A stretch of DNA of 64,000 nt from Nitrosopumilus sp. (lineage in GTDB: Archaea > Thermoproteota > Nitrososphaeria > Nitrososphaerales > Nitrosopumilaceae), in assembly GCA_963667665.2 (NCBI GenBank), contig OY763927.2, forward strand, positions 1,024,001 to 1,088,000. Reading direction: 5' to 3'. Numbering within the stretch: the first letter of the stretch is position 1; each line of letters begins with the position of its first letter. The notes beneath the pieces were generated by a model. That model searched no databases and had not been told where the DNA came from. It saw nothing but the letters and a program-made list of their open reading frames with translations. This document shows positions 10,134 through 19,626 of this stretch, one piece after another. The translations under genes and the position numbers were made by a program.

Positions 10134-10303
10134 TGGCTGGCAAGAAAGGTTCTAGTCCAAATGTTTATTCATATTACAAAGTTGATGGAGACAAACTAAC
10201 AAAAACTAGAAAAGTTTGTGCAAGATGTGGAAAAGGTGTGTTTATGTCAGAACACAAAGATAGAAACACATGTGGAAAATGTGGACTAACAGAATTTAAA
10301 TAG
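10133..10303 (+). CDS. rps27ae: 30S ribosomal protein S27ae (absent from ORF track)
   Basis: MAGKKGSSPNVYSYYKVDGDKLTKTRKVCARCGKGVFMSEHKDRNTCGKCGLTEFK; TAATG overlap with rps24e. Confidence 0.95.
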   Translation: MAGKKGSSPNVYSYYKVDGDKLTKTRKVCARCGKGVFMSEHKDRNTCGKCGLTEFK

Positions 10304-10349
10304 TAAAATTCTATTTATTAAAAATTATTGAAAGACAAAAATTTAGAAT

Positions 10350-11057
10350 TTAATACAAGCGTTTTTTACGAATTTTAGAACTTTTTTCTTGTAGTTGTTC
10401 GATTTTTGAAATAAATGCAGGTGCTAATTTTATTTTAGAAAGAGATTCTACAGATAATTTTACAGTATTAGTATCCAAAGAGATGTTGGTTTTAGGGAGA
10501 TTTCTATCAGCCCAAAATTTTATTGCCTTGTCTTCGAGTTTATAATCACGAAAACCAGCAGGGAATTTTTTTGTAATATGATTTAACAAAGTTTGATCTT
10601 TGAAGACTACTCTTGGTTCAAACAACCTTGTTTCATCACTGTAAACATTTTCAAATAAATTGCCAGAAATTTCATCTGAAAGTAACTCCATCTTTGAAAT
10701 TTTTCTAATTAATTCCAGAAAATGTAAAAATTCATGTGCTAGAATTGCATGAATTGTTCCTTTGAGCCCATAAGCAACCAAAGGTGCAGAAATTTGGATT
10801 ACAACCTGAAATTTTTCCTCAAACATCACGGGAATTGTTCTTGCGAACAAAATTCCATACTCATAAGAATTTGGATCTGGAGAGGATATTACAAGAGAAG
10901 GTTCCACATAGGCAATAGGGAATTTAATTCCTGAGGCTTTTTCAATTCTATTTATTCCTGCAACAGTAATTGGAAAACGTTCTACTGTAAGGTCATACAC
11001 ATCATCAGGAATGATTCCTTTTGTATGAGCATCTTTCAAACGGATTAATGGATCCAA
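10350..11057 (-). CDS. Hypothetical protein with HExxH zincin-like motif
   Basis: HAILAHEFLH. Confidence 0.7.
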   Translation of the reverse strand: MDPLIRLKDAHTKGIIPDDVYDLTVERFPITVAGINRIEKASGIKFPIAYVEPSLVISSPDPNSYEYGILFARTIPVMFEEKFQVVIQISAPLVAYGLKGTIHAILAHEFLHFLELIRKISKMELLSDEISGNLFENVYSDETRLFEPRVVFKDQTLLNHITKKFPAGFRDYKLEDKAIKFWADRNLPKTNISLDTNTVKLSVESLSKIKLAPAFISKIEQLQEKSSKIRKKRLY

Positions 11058-11099
11058 TGTTCCACATCGACAATTTTGAATGTAAAAACGTTGATTTGA

Positions 11100-11198
11100 T
11101 CAGGATCTAGATTTTCCAGCTTTTGTTTTCTTTTTTTTACGTCTATCAGCTGTTTGATCAGCACGTCTTTTGTGTTTACCTTTTTTTCTAATTGGCAT
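11100..11198 (-). CDS. Unannotated 32-aa highly basic microprotein
   Basis: MPIRKKGKHKRRADQTADRRKKKKTKAGKSRS; ATG to TGA, same strand as neighbours, fills the gap. Confidence 0.65.
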   Translation of the reverse strand: MPIRKKGKHKRRADQTADRRKKKKTKAGKSRS

Positions 11199-11232
11199 GC
11201 TGTTTTGCAATTTTGGCACTAGTTAATTGTTA

Positions 11233-12378
11233 TCATTGTACTTCAATATCAAGAAAATCAAATTCTTGACACATACACGATATATTAAGAATTTGAGAAA
11301 TTCCAGGTGAGACATCATCACTATTTACAAATCTCTTGATTGGTAACCCTCCTTCAGCTTTGATAAATAAGGTAAATGTATTACTAGAATTTTTTTTATA
11401 TTTTACAGATAAGATTTTTTTCTCAGAACGTTTTCCAGATTTTTCATAAACTACTACAGGATATTTTTGAAGTTCTTTTAATTTTTTTAGATTTTTTGAA
11501 TCAATTTTATCTTCTGTAGAAACTTTCAACTCAATTGATGAATTGAATTTAAGAGGTTTTTTTGGAGATTCACGAACAATTTTGAGATTAATTATATTAA
11601 GAAATTTGGATTTTATTGAAGTTGATTTTAATTTTCTTTTAAGAGGATTTTGAATTTTAACAAAAAATGGTCTTCCAGTACCTAAAACGAGGCTAGATTT
11701 GTCTTCACCACCAATCCATGTAAATTTAGCAGTGGTTCCACCAAATTTTTCAAAGATGAATTTGGAGATTATTCCTTCAACACTATCAAATTCTGAAATA
11801 CCATGAAAATTGCAAGTTCTGCATCCTTTTCCAGAACAATTAGAACAAGACTTTTGCTTTTGTGAAATTCCTCTTTGAGTTTTGACATATCTTCCAGAAA
11901 AAGAAATTGATTTTGAACGTAATTGACAAGATTCATCTTTCAAGTTTATTGTAAAAGTCACATCTGAATCCAAAAAATCAATATTCTTTTTTGTTTTTCT
12001 AGAAAATGACTTTCTTAATTCTCTCGATACATCAGTCTTTATGCCATCAATTCCTTTTAGTTTGTATTTTGAGCGAATGAAATCATCTCTATCAATAATT
12101 GAAGGTTTAATCATTGCACCTACACTAAATGTAGCAAAAGAATAATTTGATGAAACATCTATCATCATTTTCAAAAAATGATTTAGATTGTCAAACAGAT
12201 TTCTACAGATATAGCATTTTTGAGTAGAGTTTAGATTTTTTTTAAGTTTTTTGCCAAGAAGTTTGTTTGATGAAAGATGTAATTGTTTTGAAAACAGTCT
12301 CCCCAAACAATTGTCACACAATGGATATTTTTTTAAGATTGGTTTTACAATAGGGATGATTTTTTGATAATTAGACAT
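11233..12378 (-). CDS. pus10: Pus10-family tRNA pseudouridine synthase homolog (catalytic motif degenerate)
   Basis: N-terminal LCDNCLGR..C..C, GRYVK..RGISQ, CSNCSGKGCRTC, GTGRPF. Confidence 0.85.
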   Translation of the reverse strand: MSNYQKIIPIVKPILKKYPLCDNCLGRLFSKQLHLSSNKLLGKKLKKNLNSTQKCYICRNLFDNLNHFLKMMIDVSSNYSFATFSVGAMIKPSIIDRDDFIRSKYKLKGIDGIKTDVSRELRKSFSRKTKKNIDFLDSDVTFTINLKDESCQLRSKSISFSGRYVKTQRGISQKQKSCSNCSGKGCRTCNFHGISEFDSVEGIISKFIFEKFGGTTAKFTWIGGEDKSSLVLGTGRPFFVKIQNPLKRKLKSTSIKSKFLNIINLKIVRESPKKPLKFNSSIELKVSTEDKIDSKNLKKLKELQKYPVVVYEKSGKRSEKKILSVKYKKNSSNTFTLFIKAEGGLPIKRFVNSDDVSPGISQILNISCMCQEFDFLDIEVQ

Positions 12379-12404
12379 TTCAGAAGAGATTTTTGTGATT
12401 AAGA

Positions 12405-13733
12405 CTATCCTAATCCCATTTTTCTAAGTGTACCTTGCATTTGGCGTCCTTTGGATGCCTTCATCATGTTCTTGGAGTTTTTGTAATTTTTGATAAGTTC
12501 TTTAACTTCACCTTCTGGCCAGCCAGAACCACGAGCTATTCGTTTGATTCTTGATGAGTTAAGCAAGTCCAAGGGATTGGCTTTTTCAGCTTTGGTCATA
12601 CTTTGAATGATGTATCGCCATTTTTCTACTCTACCTTCCATCTGATCTAGTTGATCTTCTTTTACCATTCCTGACATGCCAGGCATACTCTCAAGAATTC
12701 CTTTCAGTGAGCCTACTTTGGTAACTTCTTCTAACTGAAATAAGAAATCCTCCATGTTCATTCTTCCACTAGAGATTCTTTTCATTCTTACATCATCACC
12801 TTCATCTTCTAACCGTTTTGCCAAATCTAGTACTGCTTGAATATCACCCATTCCAAGTAATCGTCCAACAAATCGTGTAGGAGAAAATTTTTCTAAATCA
12901 TCAATTCGTTCACCAGTACCAATGTACATTATTTGTGCACCAGTAGCTGCAGATGCTGCAAGTGCACCACCACCTTTTGCAGAGCTATCTAATTTTGTAA
13001 TTATTACACCACCCACTGGAATAGTTTTGTGAAATGCTTCTGCCTGAGCGTAACATTGTTGTCCTATAGTTCCATCAATTACAAGTAATGCTAAATCAGG
13101 TTCTGCAACTTTGTTAATTCTAGACATTTCTTCAAGCAAGTCTGTTTCTTCTTTATGTCGTCCTGCAGTATCAATTAGAACTACATCTAAGGGTTGTCCT
13201 GCAAAATGTTTTAATCCATTTTTTACAATGTTAGGAGAATCTTTGTTGTTTTCTTCACCATATACTTCAACACTTGATTTTTCACACATCGTTTTGAGTT
13301 GAACTAGTGCTCCAGGTCTATAGGTATCAGCACCTACTACTCCAACTTTGTATCCCTGTCTAGTAAGAAATTTGGCAAGTTTTGCGGTAACTGTAGTTTT
13401 ACCACTGCCTTGAATTCCAATTAAAATTATTTTATTTTGTATTCCAGGTTTAAACTCAAAATCAGATTCATTTCCTAGTAATTTTGAAAGTTCGTCATAA
13501 AGTATCTTTATAATATGATCTTTTCGTGAAAGGCCAGGAGGAGGAGTCTCATTTAGTGCCCGTTCTTCTAGTTGTTTTGTAATTTCAAGAACTAATCTGA
13601 CATTAACATCAGATTGCAGTAATGCCCTTTGAACATCTTTTGAGAGCTCTTTGATTAGTTCTTCATCTATGCCTGAAGACTTTACAATCTTCTTGATTGC
13701 AGCACCTAAACTCTCCTTTAGTCCATCAAGCAT
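12405..13733 (-). CDS. srp54: Signal recognition particle protein SRP54
   Basis: GIQGSGKTT, DTAGRH, TKLD, M-domain SRIKRIARGSG. Confidence 0.97.
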   Translation of the reverse strand: MLDGLKESLGAAIKKIVKSSGIDEELIKELSKDVQRALLQSDVNVRLVLEITKQLEERALNETPPPGLSRKDHIIKILYDELSKLLGNESDFEFKPGIQNKIILIGIQGSGKTTVTAKLAKFLTRQGYKVGVVGADTYRPGALVQLKTMCEKSSVEVYGEENNKDSPNIVKNGLKHFAGQPLDVVLIDTAGRHKEETDLLEEMSRINKVAEPDLALLVIDGTIGQQCYAQAEAFHKTIPVGGVIITKLDSSAKGGGALAASAATGAQIMYIGTGERIDDLEKFSPTRFVGRLLGMGDIQAVLDLAKRLEDEGDDVRMKRISSGRMNMEDFLFQLEEVTKVGSLKGILESMPGMSGMVKEDQLDQMEGRVEKWRYIIQSMTKAEKANPLDLLNSSRIKRIARGSGWPEGEVKELIKNYKNSKNMMKASKGRQMQGTLRKMGLG

Positions 13734-14415
13734 TGTAATTCAATCCAGCATCCATTATTTCAAACCTTCCTCTATACCCATCCCATATTTTTTTGGTTTT
13801 ATTGATTTTGATCGAATTTGAAAAGAGAGGGCAGTTTACCACAAATGTTTCAGCTTCGCCTCCTTCAAAATTTAAGTTGAACCCAAATTTCTCAGATAAT
13901 TGCTTCAAAGTATCAATATCAGATTTTGTTATTTCCTTTCCAAGCCATGTGTCATCCAAACCATCAGAGGTTACAGTAATTATTATAAAATCAAAATTGG
14001 AATCTAGTAAATCATTCATGTATTGTTCTGGTTCTGTATTCCATAATGGTGTTATTGCAACTAAATCTAATTTTGAGCAAAGTGATTCAAACTTTTCTTT
14101 TTGAAATTGGCTTTTGATTCCACCATGAACTAATCCTTCAATATGAAATTGCTCTTTAGCATTTTGTAATAATTTTTCTAGTGCAAATAATTCATCATTA
14201 GTTTCATCAGATTCAGAATTAATAGTTAATTGTGGAATGTTCATTGATTCTGATTGTAATTTTGTCCATTGCAAATTCGGATAATGCAGTAAATGACTTT
14301 CTTCAGATTTTGTAAAAATACTTAGAAGGCATATAACTTCATGTCCTTGTTTTTGTGCAAGATAGATTGCATATGTACTGTCTTTTCCACCTGAAAAAAG
14401 AGAAGCTAACTTCAT
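13726..14415 (-). CDS. dph6: Diphthine--ammonia ligase
   Basis: PP-loop SGGKDS, EGGEAET. Confidence 0.88.
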   Translation of the reverse strand: MKLASLFSGGKDSTYAIYLAQKQGHEVICLLSIFTKSEESHLLHYPNLQWTKLQSESMNIPQLTINSESDETNDELFALEKLLQNAKEQFHIEGLVHGGIKSQFQKEKFESLCSKLDLVAITPLWNTEPEQYMNDLLDSNFDFIIITVTSDGLDDTWLGKEITKSDIDTLKQLSEKFGFNLNFEGGEAETFVVNCPLFSNSIKINKTKKIWDGYRGRFEIMDAGLNYNA

Positions 14416-14463
14416 TATCTAAAAAATATTTAATTCAACAAACATTTGAGATTTGTTGAAAAA

Positions 14464-14528
14464 GGATGCTTCATTACTCATAATCCTCATCAAAATTCAG
14501 ACGGCTTTTCCGCTCATCATCAGCACCC
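14464..14528 (-). ncRNA. Candidate C/D-box guide sRNA
   Basis: Minus strand: gggtgct-g-ATGATGA(C)-gcggaaaagccgt-CTGA(D')-att-TTGATGA(C')-ggattatgagta-ATGA(D variant)-agcatcc, with a 7-bp terminal stem (one G-U). Confidence 0.65.
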
Positions 14529-14531
14529 ACA

Positions 14532-14942
14532 CTAGCTCTTAATGCGCATGATTTTAGTTTTATCCATAACAACCCAGTATTCTACATTTTGTCCGTTTTC
14601 TAATTTTCCTTTAACTTCATCATCAATCATAGATACATCAATTGTCTCAAAGGTTTCAGAATCCATTACCTGTATTGTATCGCCAATAATTGAGATGATT
14701 TGTCCCACTTTTTTGTTAATTAATGGAATGTGAATTTGCATGCTGACTGGTCCTACATGAGGTCTTTTTTGACCATCAAAAATTCCCTGACCAACAATTC
14801 TTGCTTTTGCTGAACCGTGTTTTCCTGGTTTTGATGTATCGTATTCAACAATTCTGCATGGCTCTCCACTGGGTTGATCAGAATGAGGTAATAGAATGTA
14901 TGAACCAATTTTCAAAGAACCAAGATCAGATGGCTTGCTCAT
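14532..14942 (-). CDS. eif5a: Translation factor aIF-5A
   Basis: Hypusine motif SKPGKHGSAK. Confidence 0.97.
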   Translation of the reverse strand: MSKPSDLGSLKIGSYILLPHSDQPSGEPCRIVEYDTSKPGKHGSAKARIVGQGIFDGQKRPHVGPVSMQIHIPLINKKVGQIISIIGDTIQVMDSETFETIDVSMIDDEVKGKLENGQNVEYWVVMDKTKIMRIKS

Positions 14943-14976
14943 GCAAAAACAGTTTTTACTCGAATATTTAACTTTT

Positions 14977-15588
14977 CTACTTTAGTTGATCAAGAAGTGA
15001 GAGACTCAATAAATTAGTCATCGTCAATCCTTTTCTGTTTACATCACGACGTGTTTGTTCACAGTATTTCTGTAAACTTTGATGACTCTTTTCACTTGCA
15101 ACTTCAATGACTACAATATTTTCAGAGTATGGAAAAGTGAATTTTGAAGTATTCAGACAAAAGGTATTCATGTTTCCTAGTCCTGCTTTTTCAATTTTCT
15201 CTCTTTTTATTAAGAGATTTGCGATTTCTTGCAGGTCTTCAGCATCTTCGCCATATTCTAGATAATATACTGAAACAAAATTAGTTTCCCCTTGAACTTC
15301 TCTTTGGAAAAGATCATCTTGGATATTAAACACAAAGGAGGTTTTTTCTTGGTTATGTTTAGTAAGATCATTAGATATTTTTTCACTATCTTTGAATTTG
15401 GCTAAAAGATAATGATTAGTAGAATCAGAAAAGTATGGTTTGCTTTCACGAGAAAATGTACCTGTAACAAAAAATAAATTTTCAATATTTTTTGAATGAA
15501 TCCAAGATTCTTTTAGTTCAATAGATTCATGCGTATGCAAATACGGAGCGCAAACATATCCAGAATAAGATAAGGATAGCTTTGACAT
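14977..15588 (-). CDS. Hypothetical protein
   Basis: 203-aa ORF, no motif recognised. Confidence 0.75.
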   Translation of the reverse strand: MSKLSLSYSGYVCAPYLHTHESIELKESWIHSKNIENLFFVTGTFSRESKPYFSDSTNHYLLAKFKDSEKISNDLTKHNQEKTSFVFNIQDDLFQREVQGETNFVSVYYLEYGEDAEDLQEIANLLIKREKIEKAGLGNMNTFCLNTSKFTFPYSENIVVIEVASEKSHQSLQKYCEQTRRDVNRKGLTMTNLLSLSLLDQLK

Positions 15589-15696
15589 TGTCTAAAAAAT
15601 CGATTCAGGGTATTTATGCGTATAGTACGTTATACGATCAAAGGTGTAAAGTGTCTACGATAGTTTTTTAATAGTAGAGATCTTCGTTCTCCTTGT

Positions 15697-15823
15697 CCCG
15701 TGGTAGCTCAGCCTGGTAGAGCTTCCGGCTGTAGTTGTTGGCTTTAGATGGCTGACCGAATAACAGCATATCAGGCATACAGAAACCGGGTTGTCGGTGG
15801 TTCAACTCCGCCCCACGGGACCA
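15697..15823 (+). tRNA. tRNA-Tyr(GTA) with 50-nt intron at 37/38 (15735-15784), encoded CCA
   Basis: Acceptor CCCGTGG/CCACGGG, D-arm TAGCTCAGCCTGGTAGAGC, anticodon GTA 15731-15733, T-arm GGTGGTTCAACTCCGCC, BHB-like pairing. Confidence 0.95.
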
Positions 15824-16185
15824 CAATTTTTTCTATGAATAAAAAAATGATTTTAAAATTATCTATTGTCCTCTTTTCATTCCTACTAATACCCTAAAAG
15901 CGGGTATTAACAGGGGTATTAAGAAATTTTTTTACAATATAGAAATAAAATTCCTTGCTTAGTCACTTTGAAAAAGCTATGAAGACTCTTTGAATAAAGA
16001 CTTGATTAAAGGAGAAAAAGCTATGAAACCTCTACCAAAGGCACGTTGAATGTCTTTGAAGCAAAATTCTAGCTTTTTTAGGCACGTGGAAAATGTCGTG
16101 ATAGGTAATGCTGGTGCCTGTGATTGTTCTACAAAGTAGAGTATCTGAGATTCAACGAGATTTAGAGTATAATATTTCACATATT

Positions 16186-19100
16186 TCATTCAGGAATTTT
16201 ATCTAAAATAGAAATTTCAGAATCTGAAAATTGGTAAAGTTTGTAAATTAAATCATTTAATTCATGATCGTCTTTAGAAATGACTTTATCAATTTTTGTG
16301 ATTGAATCAGTTTTTGTTTTGAAATACTGTTCCCAATCCTCCTGTTCAGTTGGAGTTAAAGTTGATTGAGATATTTTTTCTAGTTCAGACAAGAATTCGT
16401 TAAATTGGATAGTATAGAAATTTTTAAAATCTGTAGATATTGATGAAATATTGAATTTGTGAAAAACGCGATTCCAGAAATTTTGCTCTTCTTCAATTTT
16501 ACTTTTGTAATTCTTCAACAGTTTTTCTACTAGAGAGATGATCTGTTTTTGTTGATTCTCATCTGCATTAAAAACAGGGAATAATCTAAATTTTGTTACA
16601 CCAATATCTACTCCAACACCTCTGTGTTTTCCATATCTATTGAACCAATATCTAGCCATATTAGAATTCAAAAGACCCAAAAGATATTTGAGATCAAAGT
16701 TAGAATCTTTTTTAGAAATTACAGAAAAAGAAAATCCAACAAAATATTGTTCCTCATCATAATAGAATTCCGGAGAAGAAAACATTCCTTTACAAATTAA
16801 TTTAGGATTGAGAAAAAAATGATCAGGTCTAGGTCTGTGTAAGCCATAAGGATGATTTACGGATGTAATGAAAGGAGACAAATTATCTAGATGTTTTTGA
16901 ATATTAGGATATTCGCCATCTGAGATTTTTTCTCTAACTCCTTCATCAGAATAAATTAGATATTCATTTTTGAAACTAATTGAATACTTTCCAACTGCAG
17001 TACTAACGAGATATTTTTTTAGAACTTCTTGTTCTTGATTGCTAAAATTAAGAGATTTCATTTCTGATTCAGATAAAACAAAAATTCCATCACCTACTTG
17101 GAATTCTTTAGAACCAATTTCATCAAGTGCATTTTGGTCTACTTTATCAGTAGATTCTTGAACACCTGTTGATGAATTATAGACATCACCCAAGTCACTG
17201 CAATTTTTAAAGTCTATTTCATCTGGAAAGAAATCCAATGAAAGATCAGGAGTGAACAGTTTTGAATATGGTTTGATGATTTTATTTTTTTCCAAGATTA
17301 CTTTTTTGAATTCTTTTTTGTCAAGTTTGATGTATGTTGTTTTATCGTTTGCTTGTGTCTTGTTTTTACGATATAGATGAATCATATGTTTGTCGCTCAC
17401 GTCTTTGAAAACTTTGATCTTCCCAAAATCTACACATTTTTCTAAAATTAAATTATCTTTAATTCTTTGAATCATTTTTTTAGAACCTGAACTCTTATAC
17501 CAATAACTATTGGTGATTAATCCAAATCGTCCTCCATCTTTTAGAACTTCAATTGCTCTATGTACAAAAAAATACCAATAGTCCATCTTTCCTTGATGAT
17601 AGTCACCCAAATCAGCATTGATTACAGGCTCAAAAGTATCCTTATTGTCCATTTCTTTAGCGTATGGAGGATTTGTTACTACGATGTCAAACCCAGGTTC
17701 ATCACGCAATTTTTCACTAAGTATTTCTGGAAATTCTGCGTTCCAATCAAATCCGGTCCCATCATCATTTTTATCAGTCAAACTATTTCCATGTTGGATT
17801 CTTGCAGAAAGGCCAATCAACTGTCTTCCTTTAGAGGCTATTTTTAAAAATAAACTTAATTTAGTAATTTCAACTGATTCAGAATTAATATCAACACCAT
17901 AGATGTTATCTTTGATTATACCTCTTGCAAAAACTTTTTCGGATTCTTTATCAAATGTCATCCACTTTTGAGTGCCAGATCTTTTTCCTTTTGTTGCATG
18001 GATGTAAGAACCACCTTTTTGTTTAAATTTTTGAATTTCATCATGAATTGAAAGTAAAATATCTACAGATTTCACTAAAAATGCACCACTACCACAAGCA
18101 GGATCAAGAATTTTGATTTTTTGAAATTTATCTTCTAATTCTTGGATATTATCTTTATATTCCAAAATTAGTTGGTGTGGTTCAGTTACACCTTTTTTTG
18201 AGAGATATGGAATAATTGTATTTTTACAAATGTATTCTGTAACATATTCAGGCGTATAAAAAACTCCTTCTTTTTTTCTTTGAGATTTCTTTTTGTTTTG
18301 TAATTCTTCTAAATCACCAATAGATTGTTCAAAAATATGTCCTAGAATATTGACGCTGATTTTTTCATGATACTCATCTGTATCTTGATCCTTGGAATCA
18401 TCAGGTTCATCATTGAAGTCATATGAATCCATTTTGAGCAGATTAATGATTATTGGACTAATTTTTCCATTGTAACGATCTACAGCATTTTGACGAATTT
18501 TGTTTAATTTGACTCTCTCAGGTACTGGAACTTTTTCTGTAATTTTATCAAAAAAGGATTTTTCTTTAAAATCGTAGAAAAAGGCATTCCTATCCATAGG
18601 TTCTTTAAAGAATTCTCCATTGAAACCGGATTTATTGTCAATTTCATTACTACCTGTATCCATCCATGAGAATATTGTTTGAATGTAATCTGAAATTTTA
18701 GTGGTTTTTTCTTTAACGTCACCCGAATTAAGAAGTGCCAAAATTCCATCAGAAAATATATCCTTTTTGACCAGATTATTATCTTCGGCAAAAAATAAGA
18801 AAATTAATCTGTTGAGATAAGTTTGAGCAAATTTTATTGCATCATCATTATCTACATTTGATTTATCTTGAAAGGCATGTATTAACATTAATCTTGTTTG
18901 ATGATATAGTTTATAGAAATCATCTGTAAGATCTTCTTCTTCAACTTCAGTTTCATGTTTTAATGTTTTTATGAATCTTGAATCTATACTATCTTTGGAA
19001 AATATAGAAATGAATTCTATGATTTCTTGTTCTAATAATTTCATTTTTTTAGGTGGAAATGTAAATTTGTAACATTCTGCTCTCATAGATTCCCTTGTAA

Positions 19101-19518
19101 TGAGTACAAATTCTTCAAAATTTGTAACTACAGCATAATCAATTTCAGGATTTTTTTCAATGTATGTAATTGCTTGTGTAATCGGAGTATCTTGTTCTTT
19201 TTTATCATAACCCTGAAATTCAAATAATTTCTTTTTTCTGCTTTTTAATTCAAATAAAACACCACCAGATCCAGAAGGGGGAATATAGCTAAAATCTAAT
19301 CTATTTACTTCCTCTCGGATTTTTTCTCTTGGATATCCAAGAGCATCAATCATCAAATCTCTAAAATGTCCTTTGTTTTGTGTTTCTATTTTTAATTCGT
19401 CAGCGTCTAAACGCTCTTTCCATTTTTTTACAGGTGTTTTTTGTTTTGGTAAAATTTTTTTCCCTGTACAAAGTTCTTTTCTTTTTGTTTCAGAAAATAG
19501 AGTATTTGGAATTTCCAT
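16186..19518 (-). CDS. Type IIG (Eco57I-like) restriction-modification enzyme: endonuclease + N6-adenine MTase + target recognition domain
   Basis: N-terminal LDF...FELK nuclease motif, GVFYTP, motif I DPACGSG, motif IV NPPY, TaqI_C-like YLLGLLNS. Confidence 0.9.
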   Translation of the reverse strand: MEIPNTLFSETKRKELCTGKKILPKQKTPVKKWKERLDADELKIETQNKGHFRDLMIDALGYPREKIREEVNRLDFSYIPPSGSGGVLFELKSRKKKLFEFQGYDKKEQDTPITQAITYIEKNPEIDYAVVTNFEEFVLITRESMRAECYKFTFPPKKMKLLEQEIIEFISIFSKDSIDSRFIKTLKHETEVEEEDLTDDFYKLYHQTRLMLIHAFQDKSNVDNDDAIKFAQTYLNRLIFLFFAEDNNLVKKDIFSDGILALLNSGDVKEKTTKISDYIQTIFSWMDTGSNEIDNKSGFNGEFFKEPMDRNAFFYDFKEKSFFDKITEKVPVPERVKLNKIRQNAVDRYNGKISPIIINLLKMDSYDFNDEPDDSKDQDTDEYHEKISVNILGHIFEQSIGDLEELQNKKKSQRKKEGVFYTPEYVTEYICKNTIIPYLSKKGVTEPHQLILEYKDNIQELEDKFQKIKILDPACGSGAFLVKSVDILLSIHDEIQKFKQKGGSYIHATKGKRSGTQKWMTFDKESEKVFARGIIKDNIYGVDINSESVEITKLSLFLKIASKGRQLIGLSARIQHGNSLTDKNDDGTGFDWNAEFPEILSEKLRDEPGFDIVVTNPPYAKEMDNKDTFEPVINADLGDYHQGKMDYWYFFVHRAIEVLKDGGRFGLITNSYWYKSSGSKKMIQRIKDNLILEKCVDFGKIKVFKDVSDKHMIHLYRKNKTQANDKTTYIKLDKKEFKKVILEKNKIIKPYSKLFTPDLSLDFFPDEIDFKNCSDLGDVYNSSTGVQESTDKVDQNALDEIGSKEFQVGDGIFVLSESEMKSLNFSNQEQEVLKKYLVSTAVGKYSISFKNEYLIYSDEGVREKISDGEYPNIQKHLDNLSPFITSVNHPYGLHRPRPDHFFLNPKLICKGMFSSPEFYYDEEQYFVGFSFSVISKKDSNFDLKYLLGLLNSNMARYWFNRYGKHRGVGVDIGVTKFRLFPVFNADENQQKQIISLVEKLLKNYKSKIEEEQNFWNRVFHKFNISSISTDFKNFYTIQFNEFLSELEKISQSTLTPTEQEDWEQYFKTKTDSITKIDKVISKDDHELNDLIYKLYQFSDSEISILDKIPE

Positions 19519-19626
19519 TTTTTAGACAAAATGTGTTTTTTATTATACGTTCTAAAGATTTCTATTAATATGAAATTATGATGAACTCTTCATAATTTAA
19601 TAACTTCAGAGATCATAAACTAATAC

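Noticed and set aside
15977-16189. 70-aa minus-strand ORF coupled to the R-M gene
   Set aside because: No recognisable motif and atypical composition; left uncalled despite the ATGA overlap
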